From NCBI GenBank assembly GCA_019828565.1, contig JAHDYR010000038.1:512735-576734 (forward strand): 64,000 nucleotides of DNA, written 5' to 3'. Every line of letters begins with the position of its first letter. The stretch's first letter is position 1. Below the pieces are notes generated by a model, which saw nothing but the letters and a program-made list of their open reading frames with translations, did not search any database and was not told the DNA's origin. Below, piece by piece: positions 1-12,000 of this stretch. The translations under genes and the position numbers were made by a program. The stretch comes from Carpediemonas membranifera BICM. Lineage: Eukaryota > Protista > Fornicata.

Positions 1-151
1 GCAGCTGCATCATATGAGTCCATTGTCTTCCCAGGTCTGGGTGTAACCGCCGTCGTTATCCTTTCGTAAACTCCAAACCCCCATTGCCGGCCCAACAGAC
101 CATAATAGCTCGTCCCGTCCAGTCTATTTTACTTACACAGCCACAGCCCCG

Positions 152-1153
152 TCATTGGCTCAACAGTGTCCGGGGCCGTCTCTTGGGCGACAGCAGACGT
201 CCCATTGGGCTCTCCGCCACGCTCCGCCGGTACCGCTTCAGGTGGACCAGCTGCTGGTCCTTGGCCCTGATCTCGTCGAGAAGGTACCTCAGCCGCTGTT
301 GCTGTTCGGTGTTCCGAGCAAACTCGAGGGGGTTCTGGGTGGCTTGGGCCATGAGGGCTTCGTAGTCGGCTGAAAGGCGGGCCTTCTCGCTTTCTAGTGA
401 GGCGGCAAGGGTCTTTGCGTCATCATCGCCGGATGTTAGGGTAATTTGTGGCTTCTTCTTCGTGTGAAGCTTCTTTCTTGCAGCAACAGTTGCCTCTCCG
501 ATGATTGGAACGTAAGGCATGCTCACATCGATTGGACGAGACTCCGCCTTCTTCGCTCTGGCTCTTGGGGCAGATACTGGTCTACGACGACGTGTCACCT
601 TCGCCTTCTTCGGTGGTTCGGCGGGTTCCACGAGCAAGTTCTGTTGGAGACTCACAAGGTTTGCAACAGACTGCTCGGCTTCCTTTTGTGCCCTCTGTGC
701 CACTGTGACGAGCCTGTCTCGGTGCTCCAGGTCGGCCTGGAGACGGACGATGCGCTCCTCAGCGTCGAGCGCGCGATTGTGTATCGCACGAACAGAATCG
801 CTAGTATCTGCCCTGGCGCGCTCAAGATCAGCAAGGAGCTTGCTTACTCTGGCCTCGCTGGCCGTCAGTCGCTGCTGCAACTCGCGCTTATCGTCTTGCT
901 CTTGCGTCAAGTGGCGCCTACAGTCGATCAAATCCGCCTCCTTGGCGACAATCTGGTCTCTCATTGATACAATGAGCCTGAGAAGCTCATCTTTCTCTGT
1001 TTCGGCGTGCTGGCTCCGTGATGGAGGCGAACGAGGGATAGAATCATAATTTGTGGTACTGAGCGTGTTTGGCCGGTATCTCGGAGGAGAAAGAGCGCTC
1101 ACCTGCCTTATGGAGGTGCTGAGCTCGGCCATTGGGTCTGATGCCGCAGACAT
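152..1153 (-). CDS. Hypothetical coiled-coil protein
   Basis: Long ORF; first plausible ATG (MSAASDP) at 1153; E/K/R/Q/L-rich heptad-like segments; no family recognised. Confidence 0.6.
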   Translation of the reverse strand: MSAASDPMAELSTSIRQVSALSPPRYRPNTLSTTNYDSIPRSPPSRSQHAETEKDELLRLIVSMRDQIVAKEADLIDCRRHLTQEQDDKRELQQRLTASEARVSKLLADLERARADTSDSVRAIHNRALDAEERIVRLQADLEHRDRLVTVAQRAQKEAEQSVANLVSLQQNLLVEPAEPPKKAKVTRRRRPVSAPRARAKKAESRPIDVSMPYVPIIGEATVAARKKLHTKKKPQITLTSGDDDAKTLAASLESEKARLSADYEALMAQATQNPLEFARNTEQQQRLRYLLDEIRAKDQQLVHLKRYRRSVAESPMGRLLSPKRRPRTLLSQ

Positions 1154-1318
1154 TGCTTGTCTGCGCGAAAATTTTGCCCGACATTTTGATCGGACCGGCC
1201 AAATCCATAAAGTGGACACACGTACCGGGGGCATACAGTGCGTGTGTGTCTGATCATTTGGAGCTATAATTGGCTGGTCAAAACTAATCTGGGCCACTTC
1301 CTTACGACAGACGACCAA

Positions 1319-2125
1319 ATGAAAGAGGGCAAAAGCGCCCCCTTTTCGCTCAATAGTACAAGCATTTCTAGTTTCATTGGAGTGAAAACAACGTTGAAGA
1401 AGAAGATTCGAGAATCGGCGCCTTCTTCTCCGAGAAAGCACAAACTCCTGTCCAAGCCGGGTAAGAAACACCGCAGCGCCGAGCACGCCTCATCTCATCA
1501 TCACCATCACCACAAATCAGCCAAGGGATCGGACAAGAAATCGCCGAGATCATCATCCTCTACCGCACGCACCGTCTCTTCCGACCGCACCAAGCCCGCT
1601 GACCACCAGTTTGCCTTGGTCCCTACAGTAGTGATGGACTACGAGAACATGATCCCATTCCAGGCCCCGCTCCAGTCTCAGCCGTACAATTCACCCTCAG
1701 GCGAGCTCTTCACACTCCCTGTCGTCCAGGAGAGCGAGCACTACTCGCCGTACTACTCCTCGCTGGACGACAGACCCGCTGCCCACGGCTCCAGGCGTCG
1801 TCCCTCTCTCAGAGCCCGCTCGCCCCAGTCCTGGGCCACCGCCTCCCTGAGCGGCACCTCGCCTGATACGGCAGACCTGGGTGAGCCGAACATTGAGGCC
1901 GTGATGAACTCTCTGGTCAACACCGACGTCGCCTCTCCCAGCGATCCGTTTGGCACGAGAGTTGCTCGAGTCATGTCTGCCGACCTCGATGCTGTTGAGA
2001 GCATTTATTCGGTGAGTAGCTCGCGCCAGTCGCCGCGGGATGGGGCACTTAGCCTTGAGGTGACTGGTGTGATGACCTTGGGCTCGACCCAGTTTAGATC
2101 AGTCCGTACATCCTTCGACACGTAG
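1319..2125 (+). CDS. Hypothetical low-complexity Ser/Lys/His-rich protein
   Basis: ORF from ATG 1319 (MKEGKS), divergent from the 152-1153 gene; poly-His and Ser-rich; no domain recognised. Confidence 0.5.
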   Translation: MKEGKSAPFSLNSTSISSFIGVKTTLKKKIRESAPSSPRKHKLLSKPGKKHRSAEHASSHHHHHHKSAKGSDKKSPRSSSSTARTVSSDRTKPADHQFALVPTVVMDYENMIPFQAPLQSQPYNSPSGELFTLPVVQESEHYSPYYSSLDDRPAAHGSRRRPSLRARSPQSWATASLSGTSPDTADLGEPNIEAVMNSLVNTDVASPSDPFGTRVARVMSADLDAVESIYSVSSSRQSPRDGALSLEVTGVMTLGSTQFRSVRTSFDT

Positions 2126-2362
2126 AAATTGTCATTCGCCACGCCGGCCGCTTTGTTGCATTGAAGTGGCAGCCGGCTCTCTCTCGTTCTCTAAACATTC
2201 TTCATTGAAATAATGGGAGTTGTGTCGACTTGCCGTGTGGTCAGAAACGGGTCTGAATAAGGCTTGGCAGTTCGACATTGTTCGACACAGGGGGGTGAAC
2301 CCATAAAGTAAACAGTTTATCTCAGCACCTAACTCAAGCCAACCAAAAGAGTCATTCTGGGC

Positions 2363-2776
2363 TTACTGAAGGGCCTCAAGGTTCTCGGGGCCGAAAGAGT
2401 GGGGGAGGAGCTCTTCAAGAGTGAAGACGCGGTTCACACGGCCGTCGGTATAGCCGCAGATGACGATCATGTCCTTGTTGAACTCACGCATCACCTGACG
2501 GCAAGCGGCACATGGGAGGCCGCCGTCGAGGGTGACGATGGCAATCATGGCGTGGTCACGGTGGCCCTCGCTCACAGCCTTGAACATTGCAGTGCGCTCG
2601 GCACAGTTGGTGAGGCCGTAAGAGGCGTTCTCCACGTTGCACCCGGTAAAACGAGTACCATCCGCACACTGGAGGCAGGCGCCAACGGGATACTTGCTGT
2701 AGGGCGCATAGGCGTTCTTGGCTACCTCAATAGCCTTGTCGAGAAGTTCTCTCTGCAATTGCTCGCTTACAGACAT
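2363..2776 (-). CDS. CDA: Cytidine deaminase (homotetrameric type)
   Basis: AYAPYSKYPVGA, GCNVENASYG, CAER and PCAACRQ zinc motifs; start taken at MSVSEQ. Confidence 0.93.
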   Translation of the reverse strand: MSVSEQLQRELLDKAIEVAKNAYAPYSKYPVGACLQCADGTRFTGCNVENASYGLTNCAERTAMFKAVSEGHRDHAMIAIVTLDGGLPCAACRQVMREFNKDMIVICGYTDGRVNRVFTLEELLPHSFGPENLEALQ

Positions 2777-2974
2777 AGTTTGGATCGATTTCGAAAATTG
2801 TCGTGTCGCACTTTTGACGCGGTCAACGACAGTCAACGACATGTCATGACGGACAGCACCCGACCCAGGTGCCACAATCACACTTTTCTTCATTTTGCTC
2901 CATGGACCCGAGTTCTCCAAAAGTCAACGGACTCGGACTGGCAGGGTCAAATCACTTAACATCCTCCTTGGAGT

Positions 2975-3859
2975 TTAATGCATGCCTGAGAAATATGGGT
3001 GCTGCAGCGCCTCTTCCGCTGACATGCGGTCTTTAGGCTCGAACTGCAGCATGGCTGCGAGCAGGTCGAGTCCCAATTGGTCGAGTCGGGGCACAACGTT
3101 TTTCAGCTTCTGGGGAGGCATAGATGGCCACCCAGCCTTCTTATTATACTTCGGCATGGAAGTCATGGACGGCCACGTCGCCTCCGTTGGGGTCCCAAGC
3201 ACCTTGAAGATTCGTAAGAGTTCATCCGGTTCGTTCTTTCCAGGGAAGAGAGCCTCGCCCGTGACCATTTCCGCGAAGATGGCGCCGCATGACCACATGT
3301 CGATGGATGCATTGTACGAAGTGTTCCCCAGGATGATGTCCGGGGGTCGGTACCACAGTGTGACGACTTCATTCGTATACGTCGGGAGAGGAATGCCGCA
3401 CGATCGGGCAAGGCCAAAGTCGGCCAGCTTGAGGACCCCATTGGCGCTTATGAGTAGGTTTTGGGGCTTGAGGTCGCGATGAAGGACCTTCATTTTGTGG
3501 CAGTAGGCTACGCCCTTGAGAAGTTGATACATGAAACTTTTCACCTCGTTGAGAGGAAGACGCTTGTTTCTGAGATCAAGGACCTTTCTGAGGTCATGCT
3601 CGACGAACTCGAAGACGAGAGCGAGCTTGTCTTCGTCACTTACCACTTCGTGGAGGACTACAATGTTCGGATGAGACAGATCCCGAAGAATACTGATCTC
3701 GCGCATGGCTGTTGCAGGAATTCCATCTGTCTCGCGGTTTAGCGAAAGACACTTGATGGCACAGCAGAAGCTGGGGTCGTGTTTCGGATGCGCTTTCCAA
3801 ACAACCGCATATGTGCCCTGACCAACCCTCTCAACGCGTGTATAACCAGGTATTCCCAT
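2975..3859 (-). CDS. Cyclin-dependent kinase (CDK2/CDK5/PHO85-like)
   Basis: GQGTYAVV, PATAMREI (PSTAIRE-like), HRDLKPQN, DFGLAR, VVTLWYRPPD. Confidence 0.93.
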   Translation of the reverse strand: MGIPGYTRVERVGQGTYAVVWKAHPKHDPSFCCAIKCLSLNRETDGIPATAMREISILRDLSHPNIVVLHEVVSDEDKLALVFEFVEHDLRKVLDLRNKRLPLNEVKSFMYQLLKGVAYCHKMKVLHRDLKPQNLLISANGVLKLADFGLARSCGIPLPTYTNEVVTLWYRPPDIILGNTSYNASIDMWSCGAIFAEMVTGEALFPGKNEPDELLRIFKVLGTPTEATWPSMTSMPKYNKKAGWPSMPPQKLKNVVPRLDQLGLDLLAAMLQFEPKDRMSAEEALQHPYFSGMH

Positions 3860-4108
3860 TATTGAATAAGTAGCCTTGCGAAACGGCCTCACAGAGAAGG
3901 ACTCCAAAGACGGTTCAATCCGAAATCTTTGATTGACAAATCGATCAAAAAATGCACAGATCTCGGCGGAGTGAGTGACTCTCTGCCTGACTCCATAGTC
4001 TCGGCACAGTAGGTGTCGAGCCGCAAATGATCACAGTGGAAAGAGGCATCCCTCGAAACAGCGTGAGGCCAATCATCCACGCAATTCCAGCCATTTACAA
4101 CCAAAACT

Positions 4109-6546
4109 TTACCTAAACATCTTGGCAAGGTTCGCATCACACACATGCACCTCCTTGGCCTCGCCCTGGACATATTCCACGCGGAACCTGAGGGCCAGAG
4201 GGCCGGTGCCCTCGCCCTGTGTCAGCACGATCTGCTGGGCGATCGGTAGACCCGGCCCAACCTCCCTGCTCGACGGGGGAGACAGCTTGACGGTCATGTG
4301 TCGCGGGGCAGCAGCTTGGAGCATGACGTGGTCGAGTGCGACTGGGCAAGAGATCAGAGCGTCCATCGTAAACACCCCACCTTCGCTCGACTTCGGTTCG
4401 AGCTCAATAACGACTTGTCCGGCGGAGACACGCTCCTTGGGCTTCACGGGCTGGCTGAAGACATCGGCGGGCATCATGGGGGCCGTAGACAGGGGCGCTG
4501 GCCGTGCAGACTCGGGGGCAGCAGGCTGGGGCTTGGCCTGGGCAAGTTTTGAGGGAAGAAGATCTGCCAGGAGATCCTCCTCGGCGTCCTCGGCCATTGC
4601 GGGGGCGGGCGAGGCTGCATTGGCGCCGGACAGCAGCGCCATCAGGTCGTTGCTCATCTCAGCGGGAGTCGCGGGGGTGGCGGGGGTCTGGGTGGCAGAC
4701 GCATCGTTCGCGACGCCGCCAAGGAGGTCCATGAGATCGTCGTCGATGGCGCGGTCCTCCGGCACGGCCCCGAGGTCGTCGCCGCAGAGAACAGAGGAGA
4801 TCTCGTGGGGCTCGAGGCCGAGGAGGCCGACCACTTCAATAGCGCGCTGTTGGATCTCGAGATCGAGGTTGGTACGATATGATTTGACGAATTCAACGAT
4901 GTCCGACCTCGTATCCGGGTATTGCCGCGCCACGTGAGCGAGCGAGTAGAGTCCGACGCGCTTGACGGGGCCAGAGGCGGTGCCACTGGACATACGCATC
5001 GCCTTGACGATACCGGCAACCACAGACTCCGGCGAGACATTGTCACTCACGACGGTCGAGCAGTAAGCTCCAACCACCGATATCGCGAGCAGGTGAAGTG
5101 CCAGAGGCCCACTGGCCGTGAGCCTCCCGTGTAGCCTCATCGTCGCATAACCCTGCAGGTCCTCGTGCCCCCTGATGAGCTTGATCAGCCTGGCCGTCAC
5201 TGGGAGGAGGCCCGTGTCCTTGGGTAGGGGGGTGCGGGTCATGACGTCCAGCATCGTGTCGAGGTCCCACCTGGGCGTGGGTGCATAGCGCTGGGAAATG
5301 TCGTCCAAGCCTGAGACTACCGCGGGAACGAGGTCCTTGTCGCAACGCTCGAGGTACTCCGTGAGCAGGCGGATCGTTGTCTTCGCGGTCTCGCCGTCAG
5401 TCACTTGGAGAAGCACATGAAGGCCCCGGCGACGGATCACGGGGCTTGCGTCGTCAAGAGTGGAAACGATGGCAGAAGTGTGGCGCCTGACCACGGTGGG
5501 GTTGAGGGACAGCGCGGCGGGCATGGAAGTGAGTGCTGCGTACCGCAGGTTAGTGTCCTTGTGGCTGAGGAAACGGAAGAGCACGTTCAGGGCGAGGGGC
5601 TGGAGGGTCTCGTCCTTGCACGTCTCGAGCACCATCCGAGACGCCTCGAGGAGGATGGCAGCGTGCGCTGTGAGGGCCAGCGGCATGTGAAGTAGCAGCT
5701 CACTGATGCAGCGCCTCGCATCGTCGCTGGGGACATAGGCGAGCAGCAGGCCGAAGAACTCGACGGCAGCACATATGATGAAGACGTCGGGCGCTGTTTT
5801 CTGGACAGCGGTGGTCTTGTACCCCTGTGCCATGGTCTTGACGAGAGTCGCGAGGGCTCCGACGGCGGGCAGGAGCTCTCTGGCACAGTAGGCGGCCATG
5901 TCTGGTCCCCCGTACCGCATGATGGCCACGGCTAGCTGCAGGCCGGCGAGGACTAGGGCCCTGTCCTTGAGGAGGGTGAGGCAGGGCTTGATAAACTTGT
6001 CCGACGACTCGGGGAGGAGTCGTACGATCCTGACCGCCGCCTGAGCAGCCTTCTTGACAATATATTTCCGACGGTCAGTGAGGAGTGCGAGTACATCAGG
6101 ATAGAGGTCCTCGAGAAGGTCGGGGTGGCCTGCAGAGCCCATGAACTGCAGCGCTGTGTCGACAGTGTGAAGAGCGGCGGACTTGAGGTCCTTGCGGATG
6201 CTGTTGGTAGCCATCATCATCACATCGGTGTCCTCTACGAGCAAGCCGTAGCAGAGATAGGCGCAGCGCTTGGCTTTGTGCTCTCTGGCGGCAGCCATCA
6301 TTTGGACAATATTCATTTGGCTTGATTGAGTGGGGTATCCGAGGAGATTGATAAAGCTGTGGAAGAAAGAGTTGGGGGAACATACATTAGCTTCTCGAGG
6401 TTCTCGGCGAGGGCACTGTCGGAGATATCGGGCGACTTGAAGTCTGTGCGGATGACAAGAGACTCGGTTGCCACACACTCGCGCTCAGATTGCTGATTTG
6501 AACAATTGCGAACTAATTTGGCAAAGTCCTTCGCGTTGTGACCCAT
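4109..6546 (-). CDS. AP1G: AP-1 complex gamma adaptin; one 29-nt intron at 6357-6385
   Basis: Splicing GTATGT...CACAG joins ORF 6313-6546 (MGHNAKDFAKLVRNC...ERECVATE) to the long ORF, giving EKLIFINLLGYPTQ. Also DTNLRYAAL and DLEIQQRAIE adaptin motifs, an acidic hinge and a C-terminal GAE ear (LQAAAPRHM). Confidence 0.85.
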
Positions 6547-6713
6547 TTTCGTCGAGATGTCTTTGGTGGTGCAGTTTTAGGATTTTTCGTCTTCTCGCCA
6601 AGACCCAGCTTGACCCAAGCTAACCAGGGTCTTATGTTCCCCGGGTGGGTAGCTCATCCTCCCCTATCCCTCGTTCTCGCCGACTCGGCGACTGTGAACA
6701 AACCGTCAGTGCA

Positions 6714-8735
6714 ATGGATTTGACCGGTGCAACGTCGCTGCAGTACAGTGTGCACTCCTATTCATCACAGGAGCACATGTTTGGCCCAGAAACGCTGGGC
6801 GTAACAGATCCTACTGACGCGTTGAGCAAATGGTCCTGTTCTGCCCGCGCAGGCCCCCAATACGTGCTTCTCGAGCTCAAACGGATCGCCATACTGACCA
6901 GAATAGCCATTGGAAAGTACGAGCGCCGCCATCCGAGCCAGTGCTGCGATTTCAGGGTCTACGCCGGCCTCTCCCGGACGTCTCTCACCCCAATACTCAC
7001 CCATTCCCTGAGAAACAACACCACACCAGAAGCCTTCGATCTCCTGCCCTCTCCATACATCAAGAAGACCCCTTCTCCCGTCCGCTACGTCAAGATCGAG
7101 CTGCAGACGGCCCATGTCTCCAATGAGTCGATTTCACTCGCATTTGTCGGGCTTACTGGTGTGGAGCTTCCCACCCCGCCCTCTGCGATTCACTCTAATG
7201 TCTACAGCAGGACCACAGCCCGTCAAATCCTCTCAATGTGCACCAACGAGCGTGCTGTCCCGATCGCTGGCCAGCTGCTCAAGATGAGTTGTCCAAAGTT
7301 CTTCGGGGATCTGTTTGATCACATCATTAGCGGGTCAGACAACCTTGAAGACTTCATTTTCGAGAACTGGTCACACTTCATCCCGGGCGACAGCAGGATC
7401 CCTCCCGTGCTGGCCGCTGACCGCCTGCCCCCCTCTGAGAACACCCCACACAGCCGCAGCGGCCACCACATGATCACCATGCCCAGCGGTAAGATTCTCC
7501 TACACGGCGGGTGGTCGGGCACGCGAGACCTGGCCGACACGCACCTTTACGATCCGTCCACGAACACCTGGCTCGAGGCCAATGACGATAGTCCAGGCCC
7601 GCGATCGTGGCACAGCATGGCGTGTGACAGTAAGGGTAACATTTACATGCTAGGTCGTTTCGATGACTCGCACGGAAGTCGTTGTGATTTATGGCGGTAT
7701 AAGTCTGGCATTTGGTCATGTATATGCAACGACTGCAGTGCGCAGGGAGGGCCAGTGCTGGTGAGAGAGTGCGTGTTGACTTTCGTGGAGAGCTGCAACA
7801 GTCTGTACGTGGCTGGCGGTCTCGAATGCCGTTCGAATCAAAACGAACCATATCGCATCGGATCATCGTATATTTATGATATTGACGACGACCGCTGGAC
7901 AGCTGTATCGATAAGCAGTGTCAGTACTCTCCACCGCACAGGCGCCTCAGCCTTTTACGACGCCCAGACGAACTGCTCCATTGTCATTGGCGGCCTCACT
8001 ACCGACGATGAGCAGCTCAGAGACGTCGTCGCGATCAAACACGGCGAAGGACACAGCCCTCGTGTGATCTCGCGAGCGCCACTCAGCCTTGGCAGGCATC
8101 GCTCAGCCTTTGATAGGACGTCCCGGCTGGTTTATATCAGCGTGCCCGGCCATTCCGACTGCGGCATGGCTATCTGGTGCCTCTCCCTCAACACTCTGCA
8201 GTGGACCCAGCTCGTCCCGGGCAACACCGCGGACACTGCCCGTATCCCCCCATTCGTCGAGCTGATGAATCGCCCCGCACCTGGCCTTAAACTGCCCAAC
8301 GCGAGAACTGACCACCAGATGGTCTACCACCCTGGTACTAAGGCCTTGTACATATATGGCGGCGTCATGCCTGGTTTGAGTCGGAAAGAGCGCTTGAACG
8401 ACGTCTGGCGAGTGAAGATCGACTTTGTTGGGTCACCCCAGTACGCCCGGACCATTCGAGCGGCGATCAGACGGCAGAAGTATGTCGAGGCGTGTATTGT
8501 CACGCCGCACCAGATGTCCAACCTGGAGATGCTCAGGCACACCCTGATGACTCCCGACACCCGCCTGACGGACGCAGCCATCGTCGCGCTCTCGGGAATG
8601 GCGGCCCGGAATGTGACCATAGGCGACATACAGAGGATCTACCCGTTCTCCGTGTTGGGAATGCCGGACCTGCTCATCACCAGCCGGCTTGCTCTGTTCG
8701 AGTGTCTGCTGTATTATCTGGATGACGCCGAGTGA
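6714..8735 (+). CDS. MKLN1: Muskelin-like protein (discoidin N-domain + Kelch repeats)
   Basis: The N-terminus (YSVHSYSS...DPTDALSKWS...PQYVLLEL...GKYERRH) matches the muskelin N-domain. Kelch repeats follow (RSGHHM..LHGGW, PRSWHSM, RTDHQM..IYGG). Confidence 0.8.
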   Translation: MDLTGATSLQYSVHSYSSQEHMFGPETLGVTDPTDALSKWSCSARAGPQYVLLELKRIAILTRIAIGKYERRHPSQCCDFRVYAGLSRTSLTPILTHSLRNNTTPEAFDLLPSPYIKKTPSPVRYVKIELQTAHVSNESISLAFVGLTGVELPTPPSAIHSNVYSRTTARQILSMCTNERAVPIAGQLLKMSCPKFFGDLFDHIISGSDNLEDFIFENWSHFIPGDSRIPPVLAADRLPPSENTPHSRSGHHMITMPSGKILLHGGWSGTRDLADTHLYDPSTNTWLEANDDSPGPRSWHSMACDSKGNIYMLGRFDDSHGSRCDLWRYKSGIWSCICNDCSAQGGPVLVRECVLTFVESCNSLYVAGGLECRSNQNEPYRIGSSYIYDIDDDRWTAVSISSVSTLHRTGASAFYDAQTNCSIVIGGLTTDDEQLRDVVAIKHGEGHSPRVISRAPLSLGRHRSAFDRTSRLVYISVPGHSDCGMAIWCLSLNTLQWTQLVPGNTADTARIPPFVELMNRPAPGLKLPNARTDHQMVYHPGTKALYIYGGVMPGLSRKERLNDVWRVKIDFVGSPQYARTIRAAIRRQKYVEACIVTPHQMSNLEMLRHTLMTPDTRLTDAAIVALSGMAARNVTIGDIQRIYPFSVLGMPDLLITSRLALFECLLYYLDDAE

Positions 8736-9066
8736 GGGCTGGGTCATAAATGGGCAGATTATGAAAACGATCGAACGGGCTGTTTCACTTTCACGGCTAC
8801 TCTGACCGAGACATGATAGAACTCACCATGGCGCGAGGGGCGCGAGGAAACTGGATGCAGTCAGAACTGTTTGGGCCATTTTTCACCACCACGGGTCTAA
8901 CCCTTCAGTAAACACATTTTTCGGCCCTTTCGTAGCCCAAACTGCCCGCACTTTAAGGGGACTGACAGCGAAGCGTGTCAAACTGCTGATGACGCGCCAT
9001 GTTTGTCAATGACGCACATGTCAGACTCTATAGAGTCATGTCATATCGAAAGGTTCCACTTCTCCG

Positions 9067-12000
9067 ATGAAACGACCAATAGTCTTCCTTTTGGTCCTTT
9101 TATCGCTTTTGGCCGCTGTTATGGCGGCCGAAAGCTGCTCAAGCTTCTCTCCTCATCATTGTACGACCTCTAGAGGTTGCTCATGGTGCGCTTCTGAGAA
9201 CCAGTGTTTCCCGATCGGCGCCGACTGTCCCGTTGACTTGAGCGAGTGCGCCTACTGCACGCTCGACGGCGACTACTACTGCACCACCGAAACGGACGCC
9301 TTCTGCACCTCCCGCGCTGGCTGCGACGCTCTTCGCGCTGATGTCAAGTCGTGCGACCTCCATGCCAACACGGCGACCTGCACCCAATGTCTCGACATCC
9401 CCAACGCCGTATGGTGCCCCGACCCTGGGTCTTTCTGCTTCTCCAAGCTGGACAAGGCTGCCGCCCAGACCTGCAAGCAGCTAACTGGCTCCTCTGCCAC
9501 CATCTCCGACCCTCCTGCATGCGCTATAGCCTCTGAGACCTGCAGCACCTGCCTCCTTAACGACGGGGTATGGTGCGATGTCATCAACAGCTGCATCTCC
9601 GCCACCGACTCTGACTCGTGCTCCCTATGCGAGGCCAAAGGCGGCGTCTGCCGTGCTGAGACATGCGAGGACCAGCCGACCTCTTCATCCTACACGATGA
9701 ACGCCACATCTTTGGACGCCCCAGGTGTCATTAGCGTTCAGTCCGTGGACCGTCTTGGGGAGTGCGTCGATTGCATCGTGAAGGGCCTCACCTGGTGCCT
9801 GTTTCCCGGTGTGACGACCGACCGGTGTCTTGCTGATGACAGCACTTGTACGACAGCAGGCGGGTATGTGATCGAATCTTGCAACATCCCCGCTTATAGT
9901 TGCTATGAATGCGTCATTTTGGATTCGCCACACATCTGGTGTCCTGAAAACGCTGTCGAGCAGCAGTGCGTACCAGCGCCCGTGGGGTGCGACGGAGGCG
10001 CGACTTACTGGAGTGTCACCCCACAACAATGTGTCTGCATTGGATGCGTCACCAATGACGACTCAAACCTGGCTGCATACTGCGATGGCGACTATGTTGG
10101 CTGCTACGATGACCCTTTCGAGTGTCAGCTTCCTCTCACGTCGCCCGTCACTCCCCAAATGTGCATGACTCCGTGCACCCAGTGTTTTGCTGGCAGCAAC
10201 CTTGTTTGTGTTTCTCCGACCAACGATCCATATTGTGTCGCTGATTCTACTGCCGGTGCCGCCCGCTGCTCGTCTCATGGAGGAGTTCTGGTCGACAATT
10301 GCGACGAAAACTGCGAAACTTGTACCACAAACGAGCGCGCATGGTGCATTAGAGCCGACGATCCCGACTTCCAGTACTGCGCTCAGAGTTGTGAAGATGG
10401 CGATATCGTTGTCAACGCTGGCAGCTGCGCGTTCATTGACCACGACGAGTGCGGCACTTGCACCAATGACGGCGGCGAGTGGTGTGTATCCACCGGCCTC
10501 TGCATGGACTCCGAGGCCACGGAGACTACGTGCCCCGAAGATCCTGTAACCTTCCCTTGCGAGTGCCTCGGTGGGTGTGTGGAAGGCCCCGTTGAGGACA
10601 AAAGCTGCGTCTGGTGCGTCTTCGCCGATGACAACCTCAACCATTACACCGAGACGGAGGTAGACTGTCTGACCGAAGGCGGATATGCTGCCAAGTCATG
10701 CGGCTGCGGTCTCGAATGTCAGTCTGCCGGCGGCATATGCTGCGTCTCTTGCGAGGGCGAGGACATTTGCGTCTCTCCCGGCGATTCTGACCGCTGCATT
10801 CTGGACGACATGGTTCCCATTGGCTCTCTTGGCCTCTACTCTGCCATCCCATGCCTTGAGTGCCTCTGTGCAGACGACGAAGTCTACTGCCCGGACGCGC
10901 TGATGTGTGTCGAGGGAGACTTCTGCGACGCTGGGTCCACCGTTGCTCAGAAGAAGGACTGCTTCACATGCGAGCAGTGTGTCCTGCTCAACGAGTACAC
11001 GCCCGCTCGATTCTGCGCTGAGAGCTTCAGCAATATCGGCTGCGTCACGAACCAGTGGCCTTCCGACTCTGAGGCTTGCAACGAGGTCTTCTGCGAGGTC
11101 ACCTGCGAGACATGCGTCGACGAGAATCACGTGTGGTGCACTGACCCTGATAGGGGCAGCTCGCTGTGCACCACCGCTGACGCATGCTCGAGCTTAGGAG
11201 GCATCGCCAGCTCCATTCTCGATGACTGCCACCCCTCATGCTGCGAAGAATGCGCCGATGACGAGACCTGCGAGTGCGAGTGCGTCCCCATTTGCCCCTA
11301 CGACCAGTGCGACGAGTGCATCGCAGACCCCCTCTGCTCCTGGTGCGGCGCCGAGGTCACCGGCGTCCCGGGCGTGTGTATCCCAGATACACTCGCCGAG
11401 ACGTGCAACGAGACGCTGTACACTGAGATCTGCCCCGCCACTGGCGTCATATGCGACATCCAGGAGGACTGCCCCGCTTGCACCGAGGGCGGCTGCGACT
11501 GGTGCGTGGCCGACTGCCTCTGCTCTGAGGAGGGCGCCTGCTCCATCCCGGGCACGGTCGTCACGGACCCCGCGGAGTGCGACCCCGAGATCGACCTCGA
11601 CGCCGTCTGTGGCGGCCTCACTGAGCTTGAGATGCTCCGCGACGTCTTCTACCCATCCCTGAACGGCGACCAGTGGTCCGACAACAGCCTGTGGGGTGTC
11701 GGCGAGACCCCCTGCGCCTGGCATGGCGTCAGCTGCAGCGGCGGCCACGTTATTACCATCGAGCTGAGCGACAACAACCTCAGCGGCGCCATTCCCCCGC
11801 AGATCGCGTGCCTCGAGTACCTCAAGACCCTCGACCTCTCCCACAACAGCATCGGCGGCATCATCCCGCCCGAACTGACGGCCATGACGAACCTCAAGTA
11901 CCTCTTCCTCAACGACAACCAGCTCCGCGGCCCGCTGCCGTCGTTTGATCTCTGGACTGCCCTGCAGTACGCCTACTTCGAGGAGAACTGCCTTTGCGGC